From: Epiperipatus broadwayi
Taxonomy: Eukaryota; Animalia; Onychophora
Direction of reading: 5' to 3'
NCBI GenBank assembly: GCA_028023455.1
Contig: JAQFVV010000005.1
Span: forward strand, 22,940,001 to 23,004,000
Length of the DNA stretch: 64,000 nt
The translations under genes were made by a program, and so were the position numbers. The notes beneath the pieces are model-generated. The model made no database searches. It was not told the origin of the DNA and was given only the letters and a program-made list of their open reading frames with translations. This document shows, piece by piece, positions 39,464 through 51,290 of the stretch (its first letter is position 1; each line of letters opens with the position of its first letter).

Positions 39464-42400
39464 GTGAGTGTCCATACTGTTGAGTTTACTTTGCTTAGCC
39501 ATTAATGTTGTTGTTTTTTTTCATTGCTAAGTTCACAATTAAGCAGCATTTGCTTTCAAGTTTATTTATCAATTTGACTTTTTTCTCCTTGCTTTCATTT
39601 TATTATTGATTTGCATGTTTTTGATTTATTTGTTATCAATTTTTATTTCTCATTTTATAATTTTAAGTCTTTAGAGAGCATGTTTGATTTCATTTTAAAA
39701 GAATTCAAATAATATAGGCAATTTGTATGTTTGGGTGTTCAGAAAGAAATACATAAATATCATTTGGAATGAAGATTATAGATACTGAAGAATCTGATGA
39801 CTTAGAATAAGAAAAAAATATAGCTGTCATTACCCGTTTTGGATTGTGAGTCTTAAGCATATACCTTACGTGTTTTGCGAATTCCAAAGAAATTTTATGG
39901 CACATTGTCACAATGTGCTATATCTGGAGCAAAAATTATGCTAGTGGGTGTATATTCAGATTTAAGACAAGTTATCTAATTCTTAATACAGTATTACTTG
40001 TAGATACAATTTTATTAATAAATTGTTATAGTTTTTGATTTTGCATCATATATTGTGTCACATTATAAACGTAAAACAAGAAAACTTTTTTAAAATTTTT
40101 CCTACAAAGAAGTGTTGATGTGATATATCGTACAATTTAATTACTTTGTGAATACTCCATGAATATTTGCTGTAACTTGCATCATGAACTAAACACCCAT
40201 CTATTTAGTTTGACGATATTTTAAGAGTTGTACAGTCTTTCTTATAAACTCACTTGATATAAGGTTTACTATAAACTACACATTACGTTATTGTTTTTAT
40301 ATTTTAAAAATGTATGAACTATACAAACAAAAAAAAAAGCATAACAAAGCTTATATAAATTACATTAATATATATGTTATTCAGATTATAATATATAGGT
40401 ACTGTATTAAATCTTAGTTGAGTTGTGCTTGTAATTAAATGGAATTACAATGTTTTATGAAAAAAAAACACATTAAGTTTTACTCATAAGTAACTGCAAA
40501 AAATATTAATCACCCAATAAATTTTCAAAAAGGAATTAGAAAATATACATTATTATATCGAAAATCTATTTTATTACTGTATGTTTATTTGATGTGATCC
40601 TGCATTTAAAACAATATGGTTCAGTTTAACAGTTATAGTATTAGCACAACTGCATTATACTACATTTGCACAGATATTAGCTTAATTAAAGTATCTTATA
40701 ACTATCATTGATTCTTAATTTTAAACTATTTTTTGTAAATAAGGTATTTCAAATTCATGATATATTTTGAAAATGTGATAATGATTAAAATTTTTTCCAT
40801 ATGAAACTATTAATGATTGCTTTTCTTTTGAGAATATATAGTTTACATTTCCCTGAAGTGAAGTTCTATATCTAAACTATTGCATGAAGCTAGAGGCTAA
40901 ATACTAATTTAATTGTTAATAGTAATTTAGCATCATATTTTTTAAAGATATAATGTCACCTGTATTTCCATTCTCAAATCAAGTATTGGGAAAATAATAG
41001 CCATTAAATTGTTTCTCCACTCACTTCTACAATTATTTTTTAATTAATTAGACTTTTTCTGCAGTTAGACATTGATTCAGTCTTTTCTCCCAGAGGCAGT
41101 AATTAATCATAAAATAATTAAGAAAATTTAATGTTTACTGCCTAATCGGTATTTGCCTCTAAGGATATAGATATCACTCTTGAGTGGTTTTGAGCAATGA
41201 TAAACAGTATACTTAAGTGCTAAGGGTTCATGGATCACTGCTTGTCCCTTTCAGTAGTCAAATGTCATTTGATTCCCCAAGCAACAAACCATTTGATGAT
41301 GTATCGGACAGAGTGGCAGGATTATTTATACAACTTAATAGCAGATACCAATTGCAGATAATTCAGGTTGATGCCCCAACAAGTTCTCATAGTGATGAAG
41401 TAGTAGAAGATTTTTATATGGATGTACAAAAGGCTTTTGATCAGAGTAAACAACATTTTAAAATTGTTATGGTAGACTTTAATGCTAGAATTGGTAAAAA
41501 AAAATGAAAGATGAAAGTGCTGTAGGTAATTTTGGTTATGGTAATAGAAATGAGAGGACATAGACTTGTGGAGTTTGCAGAAAAAGAAAACTTTATATTA
41601 TGAATTCTTCTTTTGAAAAAATGTTAAAAGAAAATGGACATGGAAGCATCCAAATGAAGGTACAGCAGAATTGGATTATATTTTGACTAACAGAAGATAC
41701 ATATTTCAGGATTGTAGTGTTCTTAATAAATTTAACACAGGAAGTGATCATCGATTAGTAAGATGTAAGATACATGTTAATGCAAAACTAGAGACACAAA
41801 AAATTATCAAGAAAAACAATATTTAACAGTTGATATTCCTAATCTTCAGAAACATCCTAATGAATTTAAATTAGAACTTACAAATCAGTTTCAAGTATTA
41901 GTAGATTTTGAACATGATTCAGATCTGAAATTAATATGAAAATAACTGATACACTTTTAAAATTGCAACAAAGATAGCTGGTAGAAAAAAGCAGCAATTG
42001 ATCAATAAAATTTCTACTGAGACTAGAGAATTTATGAAGGAAAGAAGAAATATGAAGATATACAAAGGTGATTGAATATCTTGAATTTGTAAAATAGTGC
42101 GGAAACAAGTTGAAAATGATATACGAAAGTATAACTGTGAACTAGCAAGGAAAGCTGTAGAAGAGAATAAAAGTCTCAAGAATGTAAAACAACATTTTGG
42201 TATTGGTAGGAAATATATATATCTGAATAAGAAAAACAGATGGAATTATTACTAAAAAAGAGAGATGACATCATGAAATGGGTAGAAGACTTCTATCAAG
42301 AATTATATAGTAATAAAGAACAAGTACCTCCTATATCTGTTATATCTTCCGAATTGCCCAGAATTTTAAATGAAGTGAGAAATGCAATTAAATTTATGAA

Positions 42401-42925
42401 GAAAGGAAAAGCTCCAAGTAATGATGGAATTATAATTGATATATTAAAAGAAGCAGGTGAAGAAATGTGATTTTTTTCTAGCAAAGTTATATACTAAATG
42501 TCTAAATATTAAAGATATACCAGATGATTGGAAGAATGCAGTATTAATATTATTCAAAAGAGGTGATAAAGAAGATATTAGAAATTACAGACCTATCAGC
42601 CATTTATCAGTTGTATATAAAATTTTTACCAAGATAATTACAACTCATCTGCAAAGAACATTGAATTTCCACCAACCAAGAGTACAAACTGGATTTAAAA
42701 GTGGTTTTACTACAATAGATCATATCCAGGTATTGAGAGAAGTTATAGAAAGGACAAATGAATATGAGTTGCCATTATGCTTTGAATTTGTAGATTGTGA
42801 AAAGGCATTTGATTTTGTAAACATTTCTTCAGTGATTAAAGCATTTGATCATCAAGGTATAGATCCAGGATATTGTCATATTTTAAAGAATATTTATAAA
42901 AATGCAACAGCAACAATTAGATTAC

Positions 42926-43157
42926 ATAATGATACTAGTAATATTTACTAAGCTGTAAACCTCAAACATATGCATGTGAAAATGCACAGGTAGGGACCTC
43001 TATAGGTCTCTACCTTCGCATTTTCACATGCTTGTGGTTAAGACCTGTAGAGGGCCCTACCTTCACATTTTCACATGCATATTCTTGAGGTTTACAGCCT
43101 TAGTAAATATTACTTACGTAATCAATGTGCGTTTAAATAAATTTATAATGATACTAG
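42926..43157. mobile_element. 206-bp hairpin insertion with tail and 13-bp TSD inside the RTE RT
   Basis: TSD ataatgatactag at 42926-42938 and 43145-43157; removing it restores ATIRLHNDT-RKVNIEKGIRQ. Inverted arms run 42937-~43009 and ~43041-43114; 30-nt tail. Confidence 0.85.
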
Positions 43158-43336
43158 GAAAGTCAACATTGAAAAGGGTATAAGACAGAGTGATTCTATA
43201 TCTCCAAAAACTTTTTACAGCAGTGCTGCAAGTAGTATTTTGTGGATTAAGCTAAAGGAGTGAAAGTAGATTTTGAAGTTGATGTAATTGTTTTTGCAAA
43301 TAATGCTTTAGAACTGTAGGAAATGTTGCAGGAATT

Positions 43337-43654
43337 ATCAGATGAAAATAGGACTAAAGATAAATGTTAAAAAGACTAAAGTAATGCTTAATGGATTTTC
43401 TCAAAATATGAAAATAAAGATTGATTATGATGAGTTAGAAGAAGTTAACAGCTACAAATACCTTGGTCAGATTATTAATACAGATGAAAACATAATCAGA
43501 TGAAAATAGGACTAAAGATAAATGTTAAAAAGACTAAAGTAATGTTTAATGGATTTTCTCAAAATATGAAAATAAAGATTGATTATGATGAGTTAGAAGA
43601 AGTTAACAGCTACAAATACCTTGGTCAGATTATTAATACAGATGAAAACATAAT
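43337..43654. repeat. 158-bp tandem duplication inside the RTE ORF
   Basis: 43337-43496 is repeated at 43495-43654 with one mismatch (gctta/gttta); cagatgaaaa microhomology at both ends. Confidence 0.95.
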
Positions 43655-44880
43655 GGATGAAATTAATCATAGAATTAAACTTGGTTGGACTGCCTTTGGT
43701 AGAAATAACTTGATACTAAAAGGAAATATGCCTATGTGTTTGAAAAAAGTTTTTAATAAATGTGTATTACCAATTCTTACTTATGGATCTGAGACTTGGA
43801 CCCTTAATAGAAGAGCAATACAGAGACTTTGGTCCACTCAAAGAAGTATGGAGAGATGCATTTTGGGAATAACAAGAAAAGATCGAAAACACAATATATG
43901 GGTAAGAGAGCAAACAGGTGTTATTGATCTCATTGAAAAAATTAAAAGACTGAAGTGAAATTGGGCTAGACATATTGCTAGAAGAGATGATAATAGATGG
44001 ACAATTGAAATTTTAAACTGGATTCCAAGAGATTGTAAAAGACCCAGAAAGAGACCACATGAGAGGTGGATGGATGAAATAAGAAAGTGTGTAGAGGTGA
44101 TGTGAAGAAGAGAATCTAAAGATCAGAGAAAATGGATTGAACTTGGAGAGACCTTCATCCTGTAGTGGATTGATAATGGTTGATGATGATGATAAATGGA
44201 GTGGATTGATAATGGTTGAAGATGATGAATGGTTTGAAAAATTTAAATACTCTATAAAGTTTTTAATTCAAACCAATTTGCCTGTACATTTGCAAATGTT
44301 TGATAAATTTTTTTTATTATAAATGAACTGAGCAATTTGGGAAAAGTATGCATATTCCAAAATGAAATATACTTCGTTAGTTTATATTTCATTTGAATTT
44401 AATATAAGAGATCTTTATGCTTTGCTGTTTTGTAACCAATGGTCTGTAATAAATATAATTTGTTTTAGAATGAAGAGAGGTCACCCATGTCTAATGTTAA
44501 ACAACTAAATATGCAACATTAGATTTAATAAAGGGTATCCTCTGAATTTTCACTGTTAATGGGATTTTAACTAATTGCTAATATGACAAAACTGATGCTT
44601 TCCATAATTAGATAATGGCACTAATCACTAAGGCCAGATGGCTTACTTCTATATGATGTAGACTTTTTAGAAATACTACTAGTCTTGCAAAATTTTAGGT
44701 ACTGCAGTCAAGCGGCAATGTTTGATTTCATTATTGGTTCTGTTTTTTTCAATTGCTATTTTACATAATTTGTTCTACTATTTTTTTACTAAAACTTCAT
44801 TATGAATTTGTCAGTTTATAAATTGACAGATTCTTAGATCATTACATCTTTCCTAGAGTAGTTCTTATCTCTGCATATTT

Positions 44881-46020
44881 TATCAAGCGTTGCTTTATTT
44901 TCATGATTATCGTTGTTTTTATAATGCATGAGCACATCTTTATTTATATTGTACTTTGAAGGTAGATTGTAAAGTTGACTTGGTAACGATGAATATTGTA
45001 CGGTTTTTTTTCTTTTTGAATTCCGAATCCTAATATATAATTTCAAACAGCTGTTGATATTGTTTATTTTGATTTCGAATGAATACGAACAATTTTTTTT
45101 TTTAAAAAAAAAAAACGACGTCTATTTTTCATTGTATTTCTGAAGAAATTTGTTTGAGAATTTTTTTATTATCAATAAATATTTCTTTGTTGCTTTTTTT
45201 TTTTAAAAAAATTGTTAATTTTGAATTGTAAATATATTGAATGCTTTAACTGTTAGCAGAAATGATGGGAATATAAATATTTTGCGAAATTTTTTTTTAT
45301 AGTCTTTATATATGTGAAGAATTTTTTAGTAAAGACGGCTATATACTTTCTTGGGAAAAACTTACACGCCTTTCCCAGCACCAATATTTATACAAAAGAA
45401 TCTCAGACAAGGCAGAACATAGCTCTATATTTCTTGAGCACCAAAAGGTGATAAGACATCAATTTATTCCTCCTCCGCAACCATTCAATACAACGAAAAA
45501 AATGATTCAAAGAGAAATCCATCCTTCTATCCAAAAAAATGGACGCTCTAATTTAAATAAGTAATATCGAATTTAAATCTCTTCAAACTATATATAAATA
45601 CACTATCTCTTCATTATTATTTTATTTCTTCTTGCTATGAACATGAGAACGCCATGAGTTCTCGAAAGTGCTAAGCCATATTATAATTGATAGAAATAAC
45701 AAGCTTCTTTATAGTTGGTTATAAACGCACTTATTACGTTTATTAAATATTTTACATTTTTAACGTGGAATATGTTTATGCTCCTATCATATTAATTATC
45801 CATTGGGTTCCTTATAAGGCTGGCAAAGAGTTATTATATCTACTGTTTGTTATTTAATTTTAAAGAAATGTTCATAAAATTAGATTAAATGGTTACGTGG
45901 TTTGCATTCCGAAGTTTAAGATCCATGGATCGCACCCTTCTCTTGCCGTACTCGAACTAATTATGAATTCCTTAGCATTAAAGCCGTTTAATTGTTTATT
46001 TATTTACTGACTACATCGAA
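44881..46020. promoter_or_regulatory. CpG-retaining patch, candidate unmethylated promoter or first-exon region
   Basis: About 28 CpG by hand count in ~1.15 kb versus 1 in 21001-21960; strong minus-strand donor ggcgt|gtaagt near 45365; no TE recognised. Confidence 0.3.
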
Positions 46021-46399
46021 GAACATTAAATAATGATATATATTCTAGTCAACTCTCATTTGTATACAAACAATATATATATATTACATGACAAATTTAC
46101 CAATTGCATAAGATGTGCAAAGGAAAATTAGAACCACATCCAATTATAATGTAAGCAAATACAGAACAATAAATTAATTAAGAATTTAACATCCGTATCA
46201 GATCTGTATAAACTGTTAAGAAATTGAGAATTATTCAACAGAGAATCACTGATAAGTCTGATTTCTTCTTTAATTTGACACATTTGTTTAAAAAAAAGAT
46301 AAGGGTTTTTCTGAGATGTATTGATTACATAATAACACTTCAAAAAACTTAAGAGTGAAAAGTAGAAATATACTAATTTCTAAAGAAAGGGGGAAAGCT

Positions 46400-46660
46400 C
46401 TATGAATACTGTTTATTAAAATTGTCAAAGGAGTCCCTAAGCAAATCAAAGAGTATATTCAGGCTGTTGATAAGTTTGCAACAAAGGGCATAGAAACAAG
46501 AAGTGTTCCAGTGTTTCTTCCTCTCCGTCATCCAGTGAGTGAATAGCATCTACATTAAACATTGTCTTAGCAAGATAAGAATTAATTGGCAGGACACTTA
46601 AATTTATTTTAATAAGAAAATCCAAAATATTTGAGTTCCATACCAATACTTGAATTTTTT
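46400..46660 (-). mobile_element. LINE ORF2 C-terminal zinc-finger remnant (separate family)
   Basis: ORF 46446-46646 LIKINLSVLPINSYLAK..NVDAIHSLDDGEEETLEHFLFLCP resembles a decayed CX2C..ETxEHxLxxCP motif. Confidence 0.5.
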
Positions 46661-46983
46661 AATAATAAATATATTAGAAATTTTTTAAAAAAAATTGGAA
46701 TGTATTCTGGCAGTTAGTATTATTTGCTATCTCATAAGATTTGGATAATGTTTAAGTTTTTGAAAAACATTGACCAAAACTGAGTGAGTATATTCTGAAA
46801 AAAATTTATCAATCGTTATCAAAATCAGTTTTAATTGGTGGTTGTATGTCAGTAAGTCCAATAAAATTAAATTTTTGTTGGAAGAGTATGAATTTATTTT
46901 CCAAAAATAAAATTCAGAACTTTAATGCAAGGAAAGACCATTGAATTTGGACTATCTTTGCATATTTTTAATTGATGCAAGTG

Positions 46984-47464
46984 TATTTATATATTGGATT
47001 ATTTCCATCAGCTAATATAAGTATTGAATGTCTTTAGAAAAATTTAACTTTATTTAAATATTCCAAATATATTCAACTGTTAACAATAGCACACAGATTA
47101 TAATTTGCACAGCGTTTTGAGAGGTATTATTCTCCTCTCTTATTCAGGTGTTGCTGACCTGACCAGTGAAGTATTACCTTGGGAATTGAACCTGAACTCT
47201 TAGATTCTTGAATTTGATACTGTTAATAATAGCAGGTTAGTATTTGCAGAGCGTTTTGAGAGATATTATTCTCTCTTCTTCAGGTGTTGCTTGCCTGACC
47301 AGTGACAGTACTAGCATACTAACCTGTGTGCTATTATTAACAGTTGAACATATTTAGAATATTTAAATAAAATTAAATGTTTCTAAAGACATTTAATACT
47401 TATATTAGATGATGAATACAACTAAAATGTCATCATCATCATCACAAACCTTAAAGAAAACATT
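46984..47464. mobile_element. ORF-less Penelope pseudo-LTR derivative: two tandem minus-strand units with hammerhead motifs, plus an inverted unit with tail
   Basis: Homologous to 50906-51245 and 52610-52892 (same catcatcacaaacctt..gaaaacatt tail). Hammerhead-like motifs at ~47107-47153 and ~47246-47290, both with CGAAA changed to CAAAA. Confidence 0.85.
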
Positions 47465-48011
47465 AATTGCTACAGTTCTTCCATATCAGTTTGGAATATA
47501 AGAAATTTATTTTTCCTATGATGATAAAAAATTTGACAATAGACATATACTTTTTTTTTTTTTTGGAAACACAAGGATATTTTGCTCAATACAATGGCAG
47601 ACTGGCAGTCTCTGGTCAAGTTAAAAATCATAGCTACAGCTTTGTTACTTTCAATGCTTGAATTTCTTATGAATTTCTGATCTAGAATCTCTCAACAAAG
47701 ACTATGATTAAGTTTTTTTGCAATGTGATCAATTACTAAGGAAGTCAAATGATATCAATCTATCAAATTAATAGGAAGACCATCCAATCAATTTGATAGA
47801 GTTTTTGAAATATTTAGCCATCTTGATAGCCACTCTTATCTCTGGACTGATTGTTCGGAGCCATATAAATATGTAATAAAATTTTTGATCTTTCATCTAT
47901 AGAAGTTTCACTAATACTGACCACCAATCTATCAAAAACTGTTCCGGTAGGTTTCAAGATTTATTATACGGTGATATGAATGCATCTGAAGAATATTACA
48001 CAATTAGTTAC

Positions 48012-48247
48012 TTTACATATATAAGTGGGATTCGAACTCAGACTTTCATCTGATCACACCCATGTTGAAAAGATAAATAATCACCAATATACTTATTTCA
48101 TGCTAAACCAGGTGACCAGATGGGTCAGCAATATGAGATGGCACTGAGAGTAGTAGGTCGTGTAAAAGTCTGAGTTCGAATCCCACATATATTACATATA
48201 TAAATGCAGGTTTAACCCTGTACAATGTATTAATTTACATATATAAG
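48012..48247. mobile_element. Short insertion with B-box-containing inverted arms, 41-nt tail and 14-bp TSD
   Basis: TSD tttacatatataag at 48012-48025 and 48234-48247; gtgggattcgaactcagacttt (48025-48046) is the reverse complement of aaagtctgagttcgaatcccac (48165-48186). Confidence 0.7.
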
Positions 48248-50996
48248 ATAAATAATTACAGTATTTTAATATATAAAGATAACAGTTTTAATCAGCCTAT
48301 TGCAATGCAAATCCTCAGTGAAGGAGAAGGTAGCACTCTTCAGGTTTCTCAATTTCCAATTCTATTTTATTGACTATTTAAGAATTGCAAGATGATCATC
48401 CACTAACCTATATTAAGTGAATGATTGAGTTGACTTTGGGCTGGATACCTGAAAAATAAGTCCTAAACTTGTTGAAAATTTTTTTCCAAATTTATTCGAT
48501 CTGACTTCGAACTCAGATTAAAAACATCAGATGGATGCACTATTGTCATATCATAGCTTCCTTTGTGTGTGTATATATATCTGCATCATATATATTAGTT
48601 TTCAAACAAGCCAATGATTTGAAATTTCGAACATCTAAGCTGTATAGACACTTAACTAGCAAATGCTAAAAGCAATTTACTGACGAATCTGTGTCAAGAG
48701 TTAACAATTAATTATACCTTATGACAAGAATCAGAAGAACTGCGTCACTGTTAGTCTTGTTTTGACTATGAAGGAAGCTTTTCTAATTGCATCATAGTAT
48801 GCAGTAATTACATTTTTTTTAAGTTGAAGAGATCAATCTTATAAACATGAAATCAGGGAGGGGTGAGTAGTTAGTAAAGTTTACAATTCTTAGAACAGAT
48901 GCTGAAGAGAAGAAAGAAATGATGCTTGCATAGATTCCAAGAGCAGACATAAACTTTTTCTGGAAACACAAATAATGCATATCAATACAAAATGAAACAT
49001 GTAGAAATTTAAAGTAGATTACACAAAAAAATAATGTAAAAATTTGATGAGTCACTTTATCTGTATAGAAAATAAATTGCCATTACATTTTGAATTTTAT
49101 TTATACTTCACTGATATGTCATCAATTTATGGCAACTTCTAAAAATGGTGTATACCAAATCATATGCTATACGACTCAATATAAGCACTAGTAATGTTTG
49201 TCTTTTTTATGGGATATTTTAAGTTTATGCAGTAAATTATGTCTATGCATGCAATTCCTGAATACTTGGACCACATAATACAGCCACTGCCTGCAGGCAT
49301 TCTTGTTTTTACAATGCTTTCTGTCCAAATGAAAGCTATACTGGCAATCAAATACAAGTCATGAGAGTCTGCAAGTATTGAATCACACTACCATATAACA
49401 TCATCAAATTAACCATAAATAAAATGTGATAAAGATAGTGCCACCACTATATCATTAATAAGTGATATGGTAATTTATTTACTGTAATTTAATTAAGTTT
49501 TTCTTAGATCTATTATGAAAAGTAAATTAATTAATGACAATTTGATTGTATTAAATCCAGACTTGTTGAAGGTTCTGTAGAGAGGAAAAGTGCTGATTTT
49601 AAGGTTACGAATGAGTTATTTACACGGTGATATCAGATATGCATTATACCAGTAATGAGACAAAAATGGCAAGTCATTGCCAAATACAATTGACATCATT
49701 TTTTCTTTAACAATACACTCCCTAAACTTGACAATGCCTTATTGTCAATGAGAGTAACACTTCTGGGAACTTTGGCTTTCATCAACTGAATTTTTGTTCA
49801 CTAATTCATGTTGAGAATACTCATAAAAGGCTTTCAGTAATATTCTCTTTCTCTGCTGCTGTCTGGCATTGAGTGTTGTATCTTTAAATATATGCACTAG
49901 CTCCTCTGCTATAGGACTTCACACAAATCTATTTGTTAAGTGCACCTTGCATAATCATATCATAATGCACAACATATGATTTGTAAAGCAACACATTGGA
50001 CTAACAGTAATACATTGAATTATTGCTTCTATGACATGTGATTTACGACAGAATTATTTGCAAGGTCTTTATTACATGGATATGGTTTAACATTTTAAAA
50101 ATCTGTTCATTTTTTGCAGCTTTCATATGAAACTGAATTTGATAATCTGCTTATTTTACATATGATTGGCATATTATATACCATGTTGAGATGAATCTAC
50201 CTTGTCATTTCTTATGGATAATGTAAGAATTTATGTTGAGAATGAAAATGGAAAACAATGTAAACTATCATTGATGCATTGCGCTATGGCTTCTCCTTTT
50301 ATCAAAGTCAGGAATCTCTCAGCCACTATGCCTAGAAAAACCTTAACCACTATACGTTCCCTTTCCATTCCCCACCCTAAGGTTTGCCCATATTCTTCTC
50401 TATCCTGCTCCATCCAATTTCCACAACATCATCTTTGTCCATTTTATGGCCTTTATATTTAGATCCTCTTATATTTTTCCAAACCCAGCATAAAAACCAA
50501 GAACCCACTTTCTGTTTACCAAGAACCCACTTTCTGTTTATATTTATTCTCCCAAAACTTCATTATTTGTACCCTTTCTGCTTGTAAGCGTTTACATTCA
50601 ATTAGCAGATGCCTAATATTTTCCATGCCTTTCTTACATAACTTGCAGACTAAATATTCTCTTGTTGCTAACGATCCTGTTCTAGCCTTAAACAGCAAAC
50701 TATTTTCCTTGCTATTATCATAAATTAATTCACACCCAATATTCTATATACTTCTATATATATATATATTTAAACTCTTTTTACTCTCCATACTAGTTGT
50801 CCATCTCTTCAATTCCCTATTTTTTATTAATGCATCTATTCTTCTATCCCATTCCTTGTCACTATAACACTGGACTATTCTCCTAACACAATCATTCCAT
50901 CTTTTATTTTTATATTGGACTATTTCCATCATCTAATATGTGTGTTGAATGTCTTTAGAAAAGTTTAATTTTTAGTTAAATATTCCAAATGCATTC

Positions 50997-51142
50997 AACT
51001 GTTAGTAATATCACAGCAAACAGGTTAGTATATGCACCAACTGTTAGTAATATCACAGCAAATGTTAATAATATCACAGCAAACAGGTTAGTATATGCAC
51101 TAACTGTTAGTAATATCACAGCAAACAGGTTAGTATATGCAC
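50997..51142. repeat. ~42-bp tandem repeat (3 full + 1 half unit) inside the pseudo-LTR, mirrored at ~52615-52760
   Basis: Unit aactgttagtaatatcacagcaaacaggttagtatatgcac; single-copy in the 47-kb and 58-kb relatives. Confidence 0.95.
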
Positions 51143-51184
51143 AACGTTTCGAGAGGTATTTTTCTCCCCTCTTCTTCAGGTGTT
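51140..51184 (-). ncRNA. Minimal type I hammerhead ribozyme motif in the pseudo-LTR
   Basis: AACAC CUGAAGA A GAGGGG-agaaaaaua-CCUCUC GAAA CGUU|GUG: core CUGANGA and GAAA, 6-bp stem II, palindromic AACGUU stem III (dimer type), CAC/GUG stem I, predicted GUU cleavage. Confidence 0.8.
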
Positions 51185-51209
51185 GCTGGCCTGACCAGTG
51201 ACAGTACTA

Positions 51210-51290
51210 GCATGGGATTCGAACCTGGGTCCTTAGATTCTTGATTATTGAAATTTAAGGTAACGCTCTAACCAACTGAGCCATCCTGCC
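51210..51290 (-). promoter_or_regulatory. tRNA-like Pol III internal promoter (A box + B box) in the pseudo-LTR
   Basis: ggcaggaTGGCTCAGTTGGttagagc (A box, intact D arm GCTC/GAGC) ... caagaatctaaggacccaGGTTCGAATCCc (B box; 3' half resembles tRNA-Lys). Confidence 0.75.

Larger units (their letters stand above)
41295..44229 (+). mobile_element. RTE-clade LINE, near-complete ORF2 remnant (APE endonuclease + RT), 5'-truncated and disrupted
   Basis: EN: VSDRVA..IIQVDAPTSSHSDEVVEDFY..VMVDFNARIG. RT: NYRPISHLSVVYKIFTKII..QTGFKSGFTTIDHI..VDCEKAFD and GIRQSDSISP. C-terminus: LTYGSETWTL. Ends gagaccttcatcctgtagtgga + (GAT)n with a duplicated tail. Confidence 0.92.

Noticed and set aside
39705-39930. 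Minus-strand exon (acceptor tttttgctccag, donor gtaagg) and ORF 39705-39911
   Set aside because: All three frames of the 54-nt exon contain stops; no homology recognised.
50989-51201. ~42-bp repeats as a CRISPR array or repeat-protein ORF (TVSNITANRLVYA)
   Set aside because: No unique spacers, no cas genes and a eukaryotic context; the repeats are part of the pseudo-LTR and the ORF is a by-product.
51210-51290. Functional intron-containing tRNA gene
   Set aside because: Acceptor and T stems do not close properly, and the sequence is embedded in a repeated mobile element; treated as a tRNA-derived promoter.
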